Program-made: the position numbers and the translations under genes
In this document: piece by piece, positions 52,301-64,000 of the stretch
Layout: each line of letters begins with the position of its first letter
Numbering within the stretch: position 1 is the stretch's first letter
The notes under the pieces: model-generated
Told to the model about the DNA's origin: nothing
The model's input: only the letters and a program-made list of their open reading frames with translations
Databases searched by the model: none
DNA from: Takakia lepidozioides
Taxonomy: Eukaryota; Plantae; Bryophyta
Direction of reading: 5' to 3'
DNA length: 64,000 nt
Assembly (NCBI GenBank): GCA_030704615.1
Contig: CM060733.1
Span: forward strand, 55,552,001-55,616,000

Positions 52301-52612
52301 AGAACTGTTGCTAGTATAAATCAAATGTTCTTGGGAGCTTCTCTCAGACCCAGTGCTGTATTGGCAAGAGTCTTATGAGTACATTTTGTATTGGCAGAGT
52401 TTCCTGAAACTCTGAAGGATAAAAAAATCGTGGGTGACCTTTACCAGCAAGTGAAATCCGAGCTGGAAGACGGTTTAGCTTATTTGGTGAAGAAAAGAAA
52501 TGAAGACCCTTACCAAAAGTTTGTCCCAAGACTCATCTATGAGAGCACTTTTGGTCAGCAAGCACCGACATTCAAGCCCGGACACATATACTCAGATAAG
52601 TTTTTCTCCTAG
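43338..52612 (+). CDS. Phytyl ester synthase-like (alpha/beta-hydrolase plus acyltransferase), chloroplastic, multi-exon
   Basis: GPPRWFCP...LLLCLP, IYLMGESFGG, FFKDSGPALLL, PILFICNHTFVGFD, LLLPGGMREA, YKLFWPKKPEFVR, YFLFQKPI, KKRNEDPY...QAPTF on GT-AG exons. Some middle exons were not resolved. Confidence 0.88.
44184..44494 (-). mobile_element. 5'-truncated LINE 3' end in a PES intron
   Basis: TSD CGTGAGCAAAGA (44172-44183 and 44495-44506); encodes QQIDACVKGFLEETWKAR; shares its 3' UTR with 51504-51886. Confidence 0.85.
44692..44788 (+). other. nad4: NUMT: mitochondrial nad4 fragment in a PES intron
   Basis: LIYTPSVIAIIYTSLTTIRQIDLKKIIAHSPV compared with conserved Nad4 FIYTLS.IAIIYTSLTT.RQIDLKKIIAYSSV. 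Confidence 0.9.
51504..51886 (-). mobile_element. 5'-truncated LINE 3' end in a PES intron
   Basis: 16-bp TSD ATCTATYCCCTTAAGA (51488-51503 and 51887-51902); ORF2 C-terminal zinc motif remnant CGQSEDSIHFLIHC. Confidence 0.88.
51891..52330. repeat. About 230-bp degenerate tandem duplication in the last PES intron
   Basis: ATCCCCTTAAG..ACAGCCAATGTTAGCA..GTCATGTACATCTCTCTCCCTCTCTTT at 51891 and 52122. Confidence 0.8.
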
Positions 52613-54605
52613 ACTTTTTCGCGATGCATTAACTGAGCACTTTGCCAATAGAATCGACAGCCACGGTGGCTTAAACGACCTTCCAGGAACTTTCGAAGTG
52701 CGCGTCACACATACATATCTAAATTACAAATTGCAGGAGAAGTGTTGGTGTATAGTTCTTGCCCTCTGGCAGTGCTTCGATACGTAAGCCTATCATGCCC
52801 TTAAATTCAGCTCAATTCACCTCAATCCATAAATCGGTAAAGACTAAAGACCTGATGAAACAAGATGGACCAAGTAGGCTACACGATAGAGTTTAGCCAG
52901 GCTGCAGGGAACCCTGCAAAGCATCAACAACTATATATTCTTGTTGCATAATCTACCGTCCGTAGACGCTCATAGATCGATTCATCAATGAAAATAAATA
53001 CATGAGCAACACTCCAATTGACAATTTCATCCATTGTATTTGCATTAATATTTTTTCCCTCCAGTAATCCCAAATCATTAGCCACTGTCTTTTGTTTGTT
53101 TGTTCGGTTTTTTTCGTTGTTTTAAAGGGTCATGTTGTATAATTTTATATTAATAATAGCAATAAATTCTGAGGTAACATTTCCTAGGTAACATGTGGAT
53201 GCATACGTGTATGCTAGCTCCTACATGACAAGGACTACACAAAACGATCGAGGCTCACGCTTCAGCCTTCCAGTGGAGGAAATGGATCAAGTTTAAGTAT
53301 CTTCCAGCCAAGACTCCTCTTTTCTTCAGTGCAGACGACGATCTGTAGCCTGCCCACCATGGACTCGAATCGATTGCTCTTCATGCTGCGTACAATTGTT
53401 TCTGTGCCACCAGTTGAGCACCTCCAAACGCACACAGAACTGCTGGATTCTGAAAGTAAACTAAATCATCGTCTAGCCCCCGCCCCCACTTTGGTTCTAC
53501 ATGTTATATCATGAGGCTGGATCCAACATGGAGTACTCCCGCAGAACTCGATTCCCTTCATTGCGCATTTGGTCTTAGATGTTTCCACCGAGGCATATAA
53601 GATCGTTATTGTGTGTCTCAGCGGCCTCCCGAGAATCCCGGACTACGACCAAATTCAGTACATAGTGTCCACAGCAGTCTATCACTCTACCACAAACACA
53701 TGGACAATAGCTCGCGACACAGTTATTGACATTGTTGGCTTTCCAGCATCATCTTTTGATAACGTTCTTGAGGGTGGCACTGCCTCGTGCAATGGAAGAG
53801 TATACATGTTACTTGACGATGACCAATGTGCCCTCGACAAATTGCCCAGTTCGATGTCCAAACAGGTGCTTGGACAAGGGACGCCTGTATCTCCAGACCA
53901 TTTACAAGTCAAATCGCAACATTCAAAACACCAATACTTGTTGAATGTTTGGGTGAATTGTACGCTGTGGCCCCTGTCACTGAATTTGAACCTACACTCC
54001 CTTCAAGTTCAATCACGAGGAAGTCTGCGATTATACACATTGTCATCTTGAAAAGGTTTGTCAGCGGACCAGGATCAGATCCACATTTTGAGGAGGTGAC
54101 CAGGGTTCCTCGGATGATGTTCATAATGATGGGACCCTCAGCCACGGTCTAGGGAATTCCAAAAAGGCCTTGATGTGCAATGCATCGCAATTCACTTGAT
54201 CACCCCCTAAAAGTGCGCAATTCAATTGAATTGCAAGGGCAATTCAATTGAACTAACCCTAATTTGCAATTCAATTGAATTGCGAATTGGCAATTCAATT
54301 GAATTGTAATCTATAATTTTTAACTTATTTTTGTATATAATATATATGTATACATTTAAATTATACATATATACATACACAGGTATAAGCTAAAAATACA
54401 TGTTGCCCGTCTATTCTTGTTGTCCGTCTGTCAATCCTTTGCCCGTGGTAAGGCTTGAGCCCAAGAAAAGCCTAAGGGAGAGCGAGAGAGCGAGAGATAG
54501 AAAGAGGAAGTCACGAAGCACTTGTTAAAGCGGGATTGTCTCTCTTTGTGGATGTTGGTGCCAATATATGGCTATGTACATATACCAAACATGATACCAA
54601 TGTAA

Positions 54606-56737
54606 GGCCCCCGCCGCACCGCGCTGTTAGCGTAGAACACCTGCTAATGGTTAGCAGCCCCGTTTTTGTAACAGCTGCTGCAACTAACAATATCCCTACC
54701 GCACCAACATTTTAGCTTAACATGTTTTAAGTGCATATTGTTAGTTTTAAACATGCGTTCGCCTGCCCCTGCCCGATTTCCTCTCGCCATTTTCTCGCGC
54801 CTCCTTCCTTTTCGCCATAGCCAAAGGAGCAACGACGAGACAAGATCACGAGCCAGGAGCACATTTGGGCCAGGAGCACAATGCTGCACATTACTCGAGG
54901 CTTTCAAGCACTGCTGGATCAGGTTTTTGGTAGCTCGAGCTGAGGAGTCACTTGGGTTGGAAGGGTCACAGAGGCCACTTCGTTGCTTCGACTTCAGTTG
55001 TATCATTTTGCCAATTGCAAGAGACAAGGTTCTGACTTAATCTCGGAAGTTCCTTGATCTCTTTTCGATCTTTGCTCTCCTGGTCAGTTGCAATGTATAA
55101 ATATAATGCTATGGTGGGTGGCGCAGGTCTACACCCTTGGTGCGCAGACTTGTTGGCAATGGTGTTTGTAATCCCAGTGCTTTTATGCAGGGCTCCCGAA
55201 GTCCCGAACTAGGACATGCACAGACACAAAGCCTTGATTTGGATTATTGGAACTCTGAATGCAGGAATGAGTTAGTTTGGTATTTCAACAACTCAGGATA
55301 GGTGTCACAGATTCTGAACTTGATTTTTGTGATGAACCAGTGCGTGGAGGGTTCCAAGGGGTCCAAGAAGGTTCCAAGGGGTCTAGCCCTGAATGTTTTG
55401 GCATTGTTGTATGCAAAGTACCTGGAGCTTGCAGCCTCTGCAAGTGTAGAAACTGGCTACAATCCTGTGAGGGGGTCCCTGTTTAAACTTTGATAGTTAT
55501 TTGTACATTACACAATGCATGAGCACTACAGATAGAGGGTTTTGTATATAAAATTGGGCTTGTATCCTGTGTATGTTCAATTAACAAAAAGAACTACTCA
55601 GAGGTGTGTGGAGTTTGTAGTGACTATGTCGTTGCTTATTGTAGGAATGGGCACTAGAGTTGGAGGATGTCTATTCTGTTGACAGAGAAGGAGAATTAGA
55701 TGCCTATCTTCCATTCAAAGAGACCCTCAAGAATCGCACTCTACTTTGGCACGGTAATTTCGTCTCATAGAACTATCATGGAGACCTAAAACACCTCATT
55801 CAGCATTTGGGCAGCTCCCACTTCTGCATTCTGAACCAACCAAAGCAAATTAGAAATTACCTGCATGTGCATGTGCGTGCTGCTCGAAGTGGCTCGCGGA
55901 GCATTGCATGCTCGCTCCGCCAAAAAGTCCATATCGTTGTACAGCTCCTTGGTGAATGCCTTTGGAAGGCCTAGAGCTACGCGCTCCTTGCCATCCATGC
56001 CCCAATAATCCTAATTGCCTGTCGCGTGGAGCTGATGTCCTCGGATATCTCTATACAATTTTGCTATCATATTCCATTTGTTGGTGCAGCTGACTACATC
56101 CCGGCCCCTCACCCCATGGCTCTCCAAGAATCAAACTACCTTTTCCCACTTGACCCTGTCCACGACCATATTCCCCCGGGCAGAAGATTCCTTCCATGCC
56201 TGCCATTCCTCTTTCTTGGCCACAGCAAGCCAGTGCATTTCACTTTCAGACCAATTGGTCTGTCGTGGTCTCTTTCCAGGTCTCCTCCCAACATCATGAG
56301 TCTGCGTCGCAGGTACTTCACCTGCATGCGAATCCACCGCCTCACCAGCTGCACTCTCTGACCTCTCTGAAGTCATAGTTGTGGTGGACATGATGCAATG
56401 CAGGAGAGGGGAACAGGAGCACTCGAGCAAGAGAAACTAAAACCAAAAGAGAGCGCGAATGAGAAGGGAAGAGCGAATGAGAAGCAAATGGCGAATGGGA
56501 ATGGCGATGGCAGAGAATGGCGCGGGCAGCTGCCCAAAAACGGCGCGCATGTTTAGATTTAGCACTAGGGGGGGGTGTGTGTGCTAAATTTGCTCTAAAG
56601 TAGGAAGGAAGTTTTTAGGATAGATAACTATAGTTATGGCTAAAACATTTTAAACATGTCAGTGCAGCCGCAATTTTCTATGTAGCAGTAGTTAGTAAGA
56701 ATGTAGCAGGCGATAGCAGGCTGGTGCGGCGGGGGCC
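54606..56737 (-). mobile_element. PIF/Harbinger element nested in the long-TIR element
   Basis: Perfect 15-bp TIR GGCCCCCGCCGCACC, TAA TSD on both sides, and a Myb/SANT-like ORF inside. Confidence 0.92.
55862..56390 (-). pseudogene. Harbinger Myb/SANT (trihelix-like) DNA-binding protein
   Basis: RQTNWSESEMHWL...KWEKVV*...CTNKWNMI...YWGMDGKERVALGLPKAF; in-frame stops. Confidence 0.8.
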
Positions 56738-58699
56738 TAAGAGTATCAACGTGTAAGAGTTTGATATATTAAACTTATATAGAACACACATCCCAACTTC
56801 AACATGATACCTTTGTAAGGGTATCAAAAATTTTGATAATTCTCAAGATGAACATATTTTTTGTTTTCTTTGTCATGGGCCAGATACTAGTGTTAGGGGA
56901 CTACATGGTGATGCAGGGGAAGCCTTTCATCAATTGTCAGGTTTGATTTTGTCTGTTTTTTTCGGAGCCAGCCATGTTTCTTTTGCCAGTGAATCACAGG
57001 AAGCTGTTGATCTGTCTCCGTCTCTGGCTCTCCCTTTCTCGCTGAGGCTGAGGGTGGCTTCACAACTCCACAATTTCCTCAAGGGCACAAGAAAGAGGGC
57101 CAGCAAGAATAGACGGGCAACATGTATTTTTAGCTTATACTCTTATATGTGTATAAATATAATTTGAATATATACATGTACATATATTATATATTATATA
57201 CAAAAATAAGTTAAATATTATAGATTACAATTCAATTGAATTGTTGACTGCAATTCAATTGAATTACGAGTTGACAATTCAATTGAATTGCAAATTAGGG
57301 TTAGTTCAATTGAATTGCTCACTTTTAGGGGGTGATCAAGTGAATTGCGATGCATTTCACATCAAGGCCTTTTTGGAATTCCCTACACGGTCAGTCCGAC
57401 AAGCTGCTACTCATCTATCGTAGATGGACACCACTTCTTGTGCACTGCCGCCAATTCTTTCATGTTCTTATATGATGTTGTCGAAGGCTCGTGGAAGAGG
57501 CGGCCCACCCTGACAAGCTTTCCTACCAGTCGCAGAGGTAGATTATCGCAGACTTTGTGGAATTTTGATCCCGACCCTCAGGAAGTTTGCACATGGGGTT
57601 ACATTCCAACCCAGCTGGTCTTCAGTGTAGCTTTAAGTACATACATGTATGCAGTAATTTGGTTGAACTGAGTTGCATTCGAGCGCTAAGAGCGTGGAAC
57701 GCTTGAGAAATGTTGTCCAAGCGAGGACTTTGTTGGCATACAGGGTTGCTAGGCATGAACATTACTGGTTTCTAACGTATATACACTTTATGCACGTGCG
57801 TGAATAATTTTCTCGAAGTTTGTTGGGCTGTCGGTTTTCGACAATGACGATTTGCTTTAAACGTAAATACTATTTAGATCCCATATACTTTCCATCTCAG
57901 GCGGGTTCCCTTCATGTCCGGAAATTGCTTGAGACATCTTGGAAAACAGAGTCAACTAGTTTATCCGAATTCCACCAGCTAGAGACTTCAAATCAGTGTG
58001 CACTGTTACAATTCTCTCTCGGTGGGAGTGACTGGGCAGCTTGCAATTATGTAGACCCATTAAACTTTCAAAACTTGAACATGATCATCTTCGAGCTGTG
58101 AACGTTCAAGCACACGTCAAGCATCAGATCGTTCAAGTCCCATGAGAAAAGCTACAAGTCTCGCTACAAGTACACCGTTCAAAATTTCAAAATTACTGTT
58201 GTGGTCCATTTCGCACGGGATGATGTATAAGACCTGCGGCTGCTCCCTAAAACGTAATACATATATGAAATCTAGCTGAATTCCTATAGTCTACTGGGGG
58301 TAATTAATCAGTTCGAAAGCGGATGACTGCGGCCAAAGGTACCGCGGACCTCCGCACTACCAGATCCCCTCAAACTTCTACTGCAGGGTGATCACAGAGC
58401 AATACCCTCCAAGGTACCCTCTAGTACCGTGTGTATATGCACATCAGCCAGCATTTCAGGCTATGGGGGCCCCTTGTCTCCAACTCCCCCAGTAGGTACT
58501 ACGCATTCGTAAAGGATTTTGCCTGCCTAGTATGCCTGCCTCGACAGCATTTTAAGATTGCGATACTAAAGTTCGCAGGGTGATCTTTAGACTTCCATAA
58601 CTTGTACTAGATGTATCAATCAGCAGATTTCAGACCACTGCACAAAGGTCTAAGAAAACAGAAGTGCTCATTGACAATAACTGGACGTTATTTCCAGTG

Positions 58700-61290
58700 C
58701 AGTTTTTAGAAAAGCCCTCCAGTATCCCACAGCTTCAAAAACAGTAAATCATATGTCTGAAGGATGGATCATTTGAACCCATTGAGTTGGCGATCGCTCA
58801 GCCACGACCCTGTTTGAAATGAAACAGGTCTAGATAAACGTATGGACCTGCCATTGATTGAAAGATCAAATTTCAGGTGCTGACAATACATAGACCGTGG
58901 TTGAACTTTCTCAATCCTATAGGGACAGCGAGTTCTTGGGCACACCACAGAAAAATGGCCGCCCTTACTAGTCCACGGGGCACAAGAAAACGCGTCGTGT
59001 CTACTGTGAAATCTGGTCGAGTTGTTGAAGAGTCGGGGCTGGAGACTGTTATTGGAAGTAATAGCAGTTACACTAAAGATAGTGTGGCTCTATACATGCA
59101 AACAATTAATCAGAATAGGCACTCGAGCATGTTTCACATGATTACAAGTAACTTTTCTTTTTCTTTTTTTCAAAGGGAAACACGTGGGAGCGACAGCTCT
59201 ATGATGGCTCATGTTCTCCTCGCCTGACTTTCGCCCTATTCATCACTGTTTGACAGGTTCATCCCATGCGGGAGACCGTTATATACAGCCTGACCTATAC
59301 TTGTTTGAGGTTATCCTAGAGAGCTGTGGCTGCATCTGGCCCCTTCATTGGTCTACGGGCAAGATCTGTTTGTAATCTAGGCAACCCGTGGCATGCTGCC
59401 ACGTGGGGGTATTGCCTCGCCCTAGGTTTTGGGTATAAGCTTGTTCCTGACCTTGAGTCAGGGCCTTTTTTCTCGTATGTACAATCTGGTGTACGGGCTT
59501 CTGGACGTGCTCTGTGAGCTTTGGAGGTGTGTGTGTTAGCTCTGCATATGTTGTACGTGGGATCCTCTATATGTTCATCTCTCTTCTCATGCTGTAAAGC
59601 CCGCTCCTTCCGAGCTCTTACACCCTTAGTTTAACGTGGCACACTTGTGAGGACGGGAGAATGTCATTCAAGCACAAAAATATGGTGGTGTCTTGTGGGT
59701 AGTGGCAGCTCTGCACGTACAGTGATTTTGTGCGGTTACCTCGGGTTCAATCTGGTTTTGGAAGAAGTTTTTGGTTCAAGAGGAAGTTGCGATGGCGGCG
59801 GCAGCTTCACTCTTTGCGTTGTGCACTTGCATTTGTTTGTCTTGCTTGTTCGTTGTGTGTTGCAATGGCGTCTGCAGTTCTCTGTAGCTTATCAAGCGAG
59901 AGAGAGGACAGCGGCTCGATGTTGGTTAAGATAGAACTGAGAGTGGAGGTTGCAAACTGTGACGTGGTGGGTTCCAGCCAGTTAGTTTTCGGTGTTCATG
60001 TATTTGCTCCCAGTTTGCAAGTGGTGGATGGTCATCCAGTCTCGGAAGTGCATACAGCACCTGCCGCGCGTGTTCTATTGTTGATTCCAGGGGTTCCTCT
60101 TGATATTGAAAGGCCTACCTCCTCAGGCTCTAACTACTCAGCGTATGCCAGGGCAGAAGCGGCATTTGAAGAAATAGCTTTGTATTCGGCTCGTGGCTCA
60201 GTGAGTTTGGGTTTTTTGCCAAGCGGTGACCCTGAAAGAGCTGATTATGGTTTGGGCTACGTTGAGCCTACTTACGATCTTGAGGGGCTGCCTGATATTA
60301 ACTCGCAAATCCAGGACTCTCTTGTGTTTAACAGTGAGCAGCTCGAGTTGAGCAGTGACGACTTGGTGTGGATCGATAAATTTGAATCTCAATTTTTTGT
60401 GGACGTCTCGCGTTTTTCAGCTACTGAACGGGAGAGAGTCTCTGCCTGGATCAGCGATCCTGCTTTACTGGTGAAGGAAGTCCATAGTGTGATTGACAAA
60501 GAGCTAGCTTTGAGGAGACAGTTCAAGGTGCCTATCCCCGAACTCAAAAGTCGATTTTTGTCTTACGGTGCCCTGGAATTCAGGCAGTTTGGGCTTTTCG
60601 AACAAATCTCCGTTCAATCCCTTTATGTTCCGCTAGTGTCCTGCGATTTTGTGGATCCCTGGCATTTGGCTTTGTTCACCAGTGGCATTGGTGCGATTTT
60701 GTTATGATTGTTAAGATTTGGGCGTCTTGCGGTGTGTACACCTACTACCCGTGACCTTGTTGATTCTCTCACGGATCATAGTGAGAAGGCTCTTCAAGGA
60801 TATCTTGTTATTCTTCCTAACGAGCGATTCGCTCTCCGCTCGATTCACAAACTGAACATTTTTTACTCTATCGAGCATTGGCTGCCGAGCACTGTCTTGT
60901 CTCGAACTTAGAGAAGTGACCGTTACTGGGGGTCAGACTACACTTTGTATGTGGGTTTTTGGTTCAAGAATTCCCGCGGGTGGAATTGGTTGGCTCTTGC
61001 TGAGCATGATCAAGAGACACACAAGCTTTTAAGGATTGTGACTCCACAAGCTTGGCAGTGTACCAGTATGGTGGAAGCTAAAGGTGGTGATTCCTAACTA
61101 ATGTCCAACTTGTCCAATAGCCGTTGGTTGCGTTCAGGTAGAAATAGGATATCTGCTGCTCCTGTGTTATCTCCAGTCACTGAGCCTCGACATAGGACTT
61201 TTGTAGAGTCAGATTTGGTATCAATGGAAGAAGAATTTAGTGGGGTTGATGGTAGAAATCAGGTTAGGGCTTCCAGTCGTACAAGTATCA
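58700..61290 (+). mobile_element. LTR retrotransposon D, 5' part (LTR start uncertain; LTR end 59674; PBS-like TGGTGG at 59683; extra ORF; gag start at 61101), truncated
   Basis: GAGGACGGGAGAAT...AAGCA-C-spacer-TGGTGG matches the element C LTR end; a homologous extra ORF follows, then MSNLSNSRWLRSG. Confidence 0.55.
59730..61097 (+). pseudogene. Uncharacterised extra ORF of element D (two in-frame stops)
   Basis: One frame runs through TGA 60707 and TAG 60911 to TAA 61097; the C-terminal half aligns with ORF 360-1085. Confidence 0.65.
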
Positions 61291-62710
61291 TACGAGGCCA
61301 ATGTACACGGATTTCGCACGTTACCGACGTTTAAATCAGACACATCACATTCGTGCATTAAACACACGGATATAAGGTTTGTCAATAAGTTGCGGAGTCC
61401 GTGCGATTAAGGTACGAACCCTTGAAAATCCGGATTTCGCACAGTAAAGATAAAAAATCCGTGGCTCGGGATCTTTGACATATAGTGTCTGGCAGACTGC
61501 ACGCGTATCTTTTACGATTTGAATTTCCCGATGACAAAGAGGCCACGACGAGACACGTCCGACCCCGACCTTTCGATCCCATTCGGTGCATCTCCGCCGT
61601 TTGATGTCATATTTTCATGGTTACGCTTTCACCGCTCTCGCACCCCTTCCACCACCACTCTTCGCCCCATTTCTTTTTCTCAGTTTCTCTTATGCTGCAA
61701 CCTGAGAGTGAGGAAGTTCCTGCACCAGAGAAGAGACCTCGTCGCAAGCTCCGCAAGTTATACTACGGACCCAGACCAATGTCGAAGTGGAAGAAGCAGA
61801 TGCGTCTTCAGGAGGAGATGGTCATCGCGCAGCAGCAGGCAACGCAGACGACGCAGCCTCCAGTGAGAGCTTCGTGCTATCGGGATGTGTGCACCTGATC
61901 GAGCACAATTTTATTTTTTTTTATTTTTTTTTTGGGTGGATTCGTTTGATTCTATGCTACTCAGGATAGGCATAAGTAATCACCAGTGCTACATGGTATA
62001 CATGACCAACATCTACATGTCCCTGAAAAGCCACTGGCTGAATTCCCAAATTATTGTGATTTGACCTCACACCCCCATCCTCATGAACTGCCATCCCTCC
62101 CATAGCCCGGGAGAGTGGTAATATAGTAGGTGGGGTACTGGACCATGACTGAAGAGCTGGTTGACTCTGTGCAAGCACTTGGCTTCGCACAGGGCTAGAC
62201 CAAGCGGACACACTAGCCACGTACAAAGGATGAGATGCACGAGAGGAGGTGACAGGCATACCTTGAAATTGAGGATTGTCATGCAAGAAAATAGGCCTCA
62301 ATTCTGCCGGGGAGCGGAACTCAAAACTAAGATGCTAGGCTGACTTGCAAGTGACTCCCCTATGCGATCCAAGCCGTCCATCCGTCGTGCATGGAATCCA
62401 TGGCATACAAGTTCGCCCTCGTATCATCTGCAACATCCAAGTTATCCCGAAATTCTACCACCCAAGCCAGGCCTGGTGCTAGTGGCTGCCACAGGTCCAA
62501 GACCAAGGTTGAATGCAATTGTCGTGTGGAATTTGTAACTAAATCTACATGAATAAATGACAAATTACATATCATATTAGTGTACATCACATGGACATCA
62601 TTTTGACACTCCTCACATCACATAATCGCTCCAATTGAAGACGTGTGAAATGTGTGTCATCCCTTGTATGACATAAATAATGCTTTGGTCATGTCAAGAC
62701 TTTTTCACCC

Positions 62711-64000
62711 CAACCATCCGTTGAGCCATTGAATGAAATTTCAATTGATCAGATATTAGTCCGGGACCCGTGAGAGGATGTCCCGAATGTAGTGGCAAAG
62801 TTTGAAAGCAAACAAAAATGATTTGGATGGCCAACCATCCGTTCACCTGTGCCATGAATTCCGTTGGATATTCTATTACTCCGGGACCTGTTGGACTACG
62901 TTTCGCGTGCTCATGGTTCATTCCGTTTCTGAACCGTATGTGTAATGATTCCATATGCAACGTGCGTGCCAAATTTGGGAGCGAACAACATTCATTTGGA
63001 CCCAAAACCACAGTTTCTTCACTGTTTTGCATTCCAAACTTGATTTGTGTTCTACTTCATGCACTCTTCATAGAGAGTTCCGCAATAGTGAGCGAAGAGA
63101 ACATTTTTTTTTTTTTTGGACTTTTTTATTGATCCAAATTTTGGCGGGGGAGTAGCGGTGGGATGCTTGAAGCCGCAGAACAAAATTGAGGCAGAAAAAC
63201 AAAATCGATACGTGGCAGAAACCCCCAATCAAAGGCAGTGCAAACCTAATCATTGGCTTAAAATTGATTTAAATTCAATTAAATTCTCGAATGGCTTGAG
63301 GGGTGAGCGCGTCGATGGGGAGGCAAATGATTTATTCTTCTGTTGTGTCTCCGCACATGTTCAAGCACCTGCGGGGAAAAGATGGGCTTCAACCACATCC
63401 GTTCAATGGGTGCAATAGCCGTGCACGCCTCGCTGGGTTTTTTTTCTTCGCAATGAACAAAAACTGGATGACAAGTGAACGCCTCATTGGCCCATCGAAA
63501 GAATTTCGATTGATCTCATATTACTCTGGGGCCTGTCAGATGGTACGATGAACATGCTGGCCAAGTCTCGAAGCGAACGAAAACCGTTTGGATGGGCAAC
63601 CATCCGTTGGGCCACCGAACAAATTTTGGTTTCGTCTCAAATTACTCTGGGACCTCTTAAATGGCACATTGAACATACTGGCCAAGTCTCAAAGCGAACC
63701 AAAATCATTTCGATGGCCAACCATCCGTTGAGCCATCGAATGAAATTTCGATTGATCTCATATTAGTCCGGGACCCGTGAGAGGATGTCCCGAACGTACT
63801 GGCAAAGTTTGAAAGCAAACAAAACTGATTTGGATGGCCAACCATCCGTTCACCGGTGCCATGAATTCCGTTGGATATTCTATTACTTCGGGACCTGTTG
63901 GACTGCGTTTCACGTGCTCATGGTTCATTCCATTTCTGAACCGTATGTGTAATGATTCCATATGCAATGTGCATGCCAAATTTGGGAGCGAACAAAATTT
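62711..64000. repeat. About 120-bp tandem units with a palindromic core, inside a duplication of about 1-kb period
   Basis: GGATGGCCAACCATCCGTT-type cores at about 62711, 62825, 63590, 63712 and 63831; 62711-62990 is repeated at 63718-64000. Confidence 0.85.

Larger units (their letters stand above)
54150..57385. mobile_element. Non-autonomous DNA transposon with about 270-bp TIRs and a 7-bp TSD
   Basis: TAGGGAATTCCAAAAAGGCCTTGATGTG... (54150-54419) is inverted at 57104-57385; TSD CACGGTC at 54143-54149 and 57386-57392. Confidence 0.92.
53500..57671 (+). pseudogene. F-box/kelch-like beta-propeller gene remnant split by a DNA transposon
   Basis: AYKIVIV...TAVYHSTTNTWT, ASCNGRVY, PILVECLGELYAV. 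Removing the insertion and one TSD restores ...GPSATV-SPTSCYSS...FLYDVVEGSWKR in frame. Confidence 0.6.

Overview
Eukaryotic nuclear DNA from a land plant, probably a non-seed lineage (inferred from a PLS-DYW PPR gene and an unedited nad4 fragment that needs several C-to-U edits). 1-17 kb is a nest of LTR retrotransposons. The main find is a decayed Ty3/Gypsy element (A) with the domain order gag(2x CCHC)-protease-DNMT3-like C5 cytosine methyltransferase-RT-RNase H-[integrase deleted]-PHD finger. Its methyltransferase is split inside motif VIII by a complete chromovirus (B, 5192-12142, TSD ATGGT). An inverted fragment of a sister copy (15178-15521) shows the same motif uninterrupted. 21-53 kb is a gene island: chloroplast DnaJ, tRNA-Ala(AGC), ZW10/MIP1, indole-3-glycerol-phosphate synthase, PPR-DYW and DUF2921 pseudogenes, and a phytyl-ester-synthase-like gene. 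Its introns carry 3' ends of one LINE family and a nad4 NUMT. 53-64 kb holds an F-box-like pseudogene split by nested DNA transposons, a second LTR element and tandem repeats. The LTR elements at the two ends of the window (C and D) share an unrecognised extra ORF upstream of gag. All calls were made by eye; exon and element boundaries are approximate unless a TSD or splice site is quoted.
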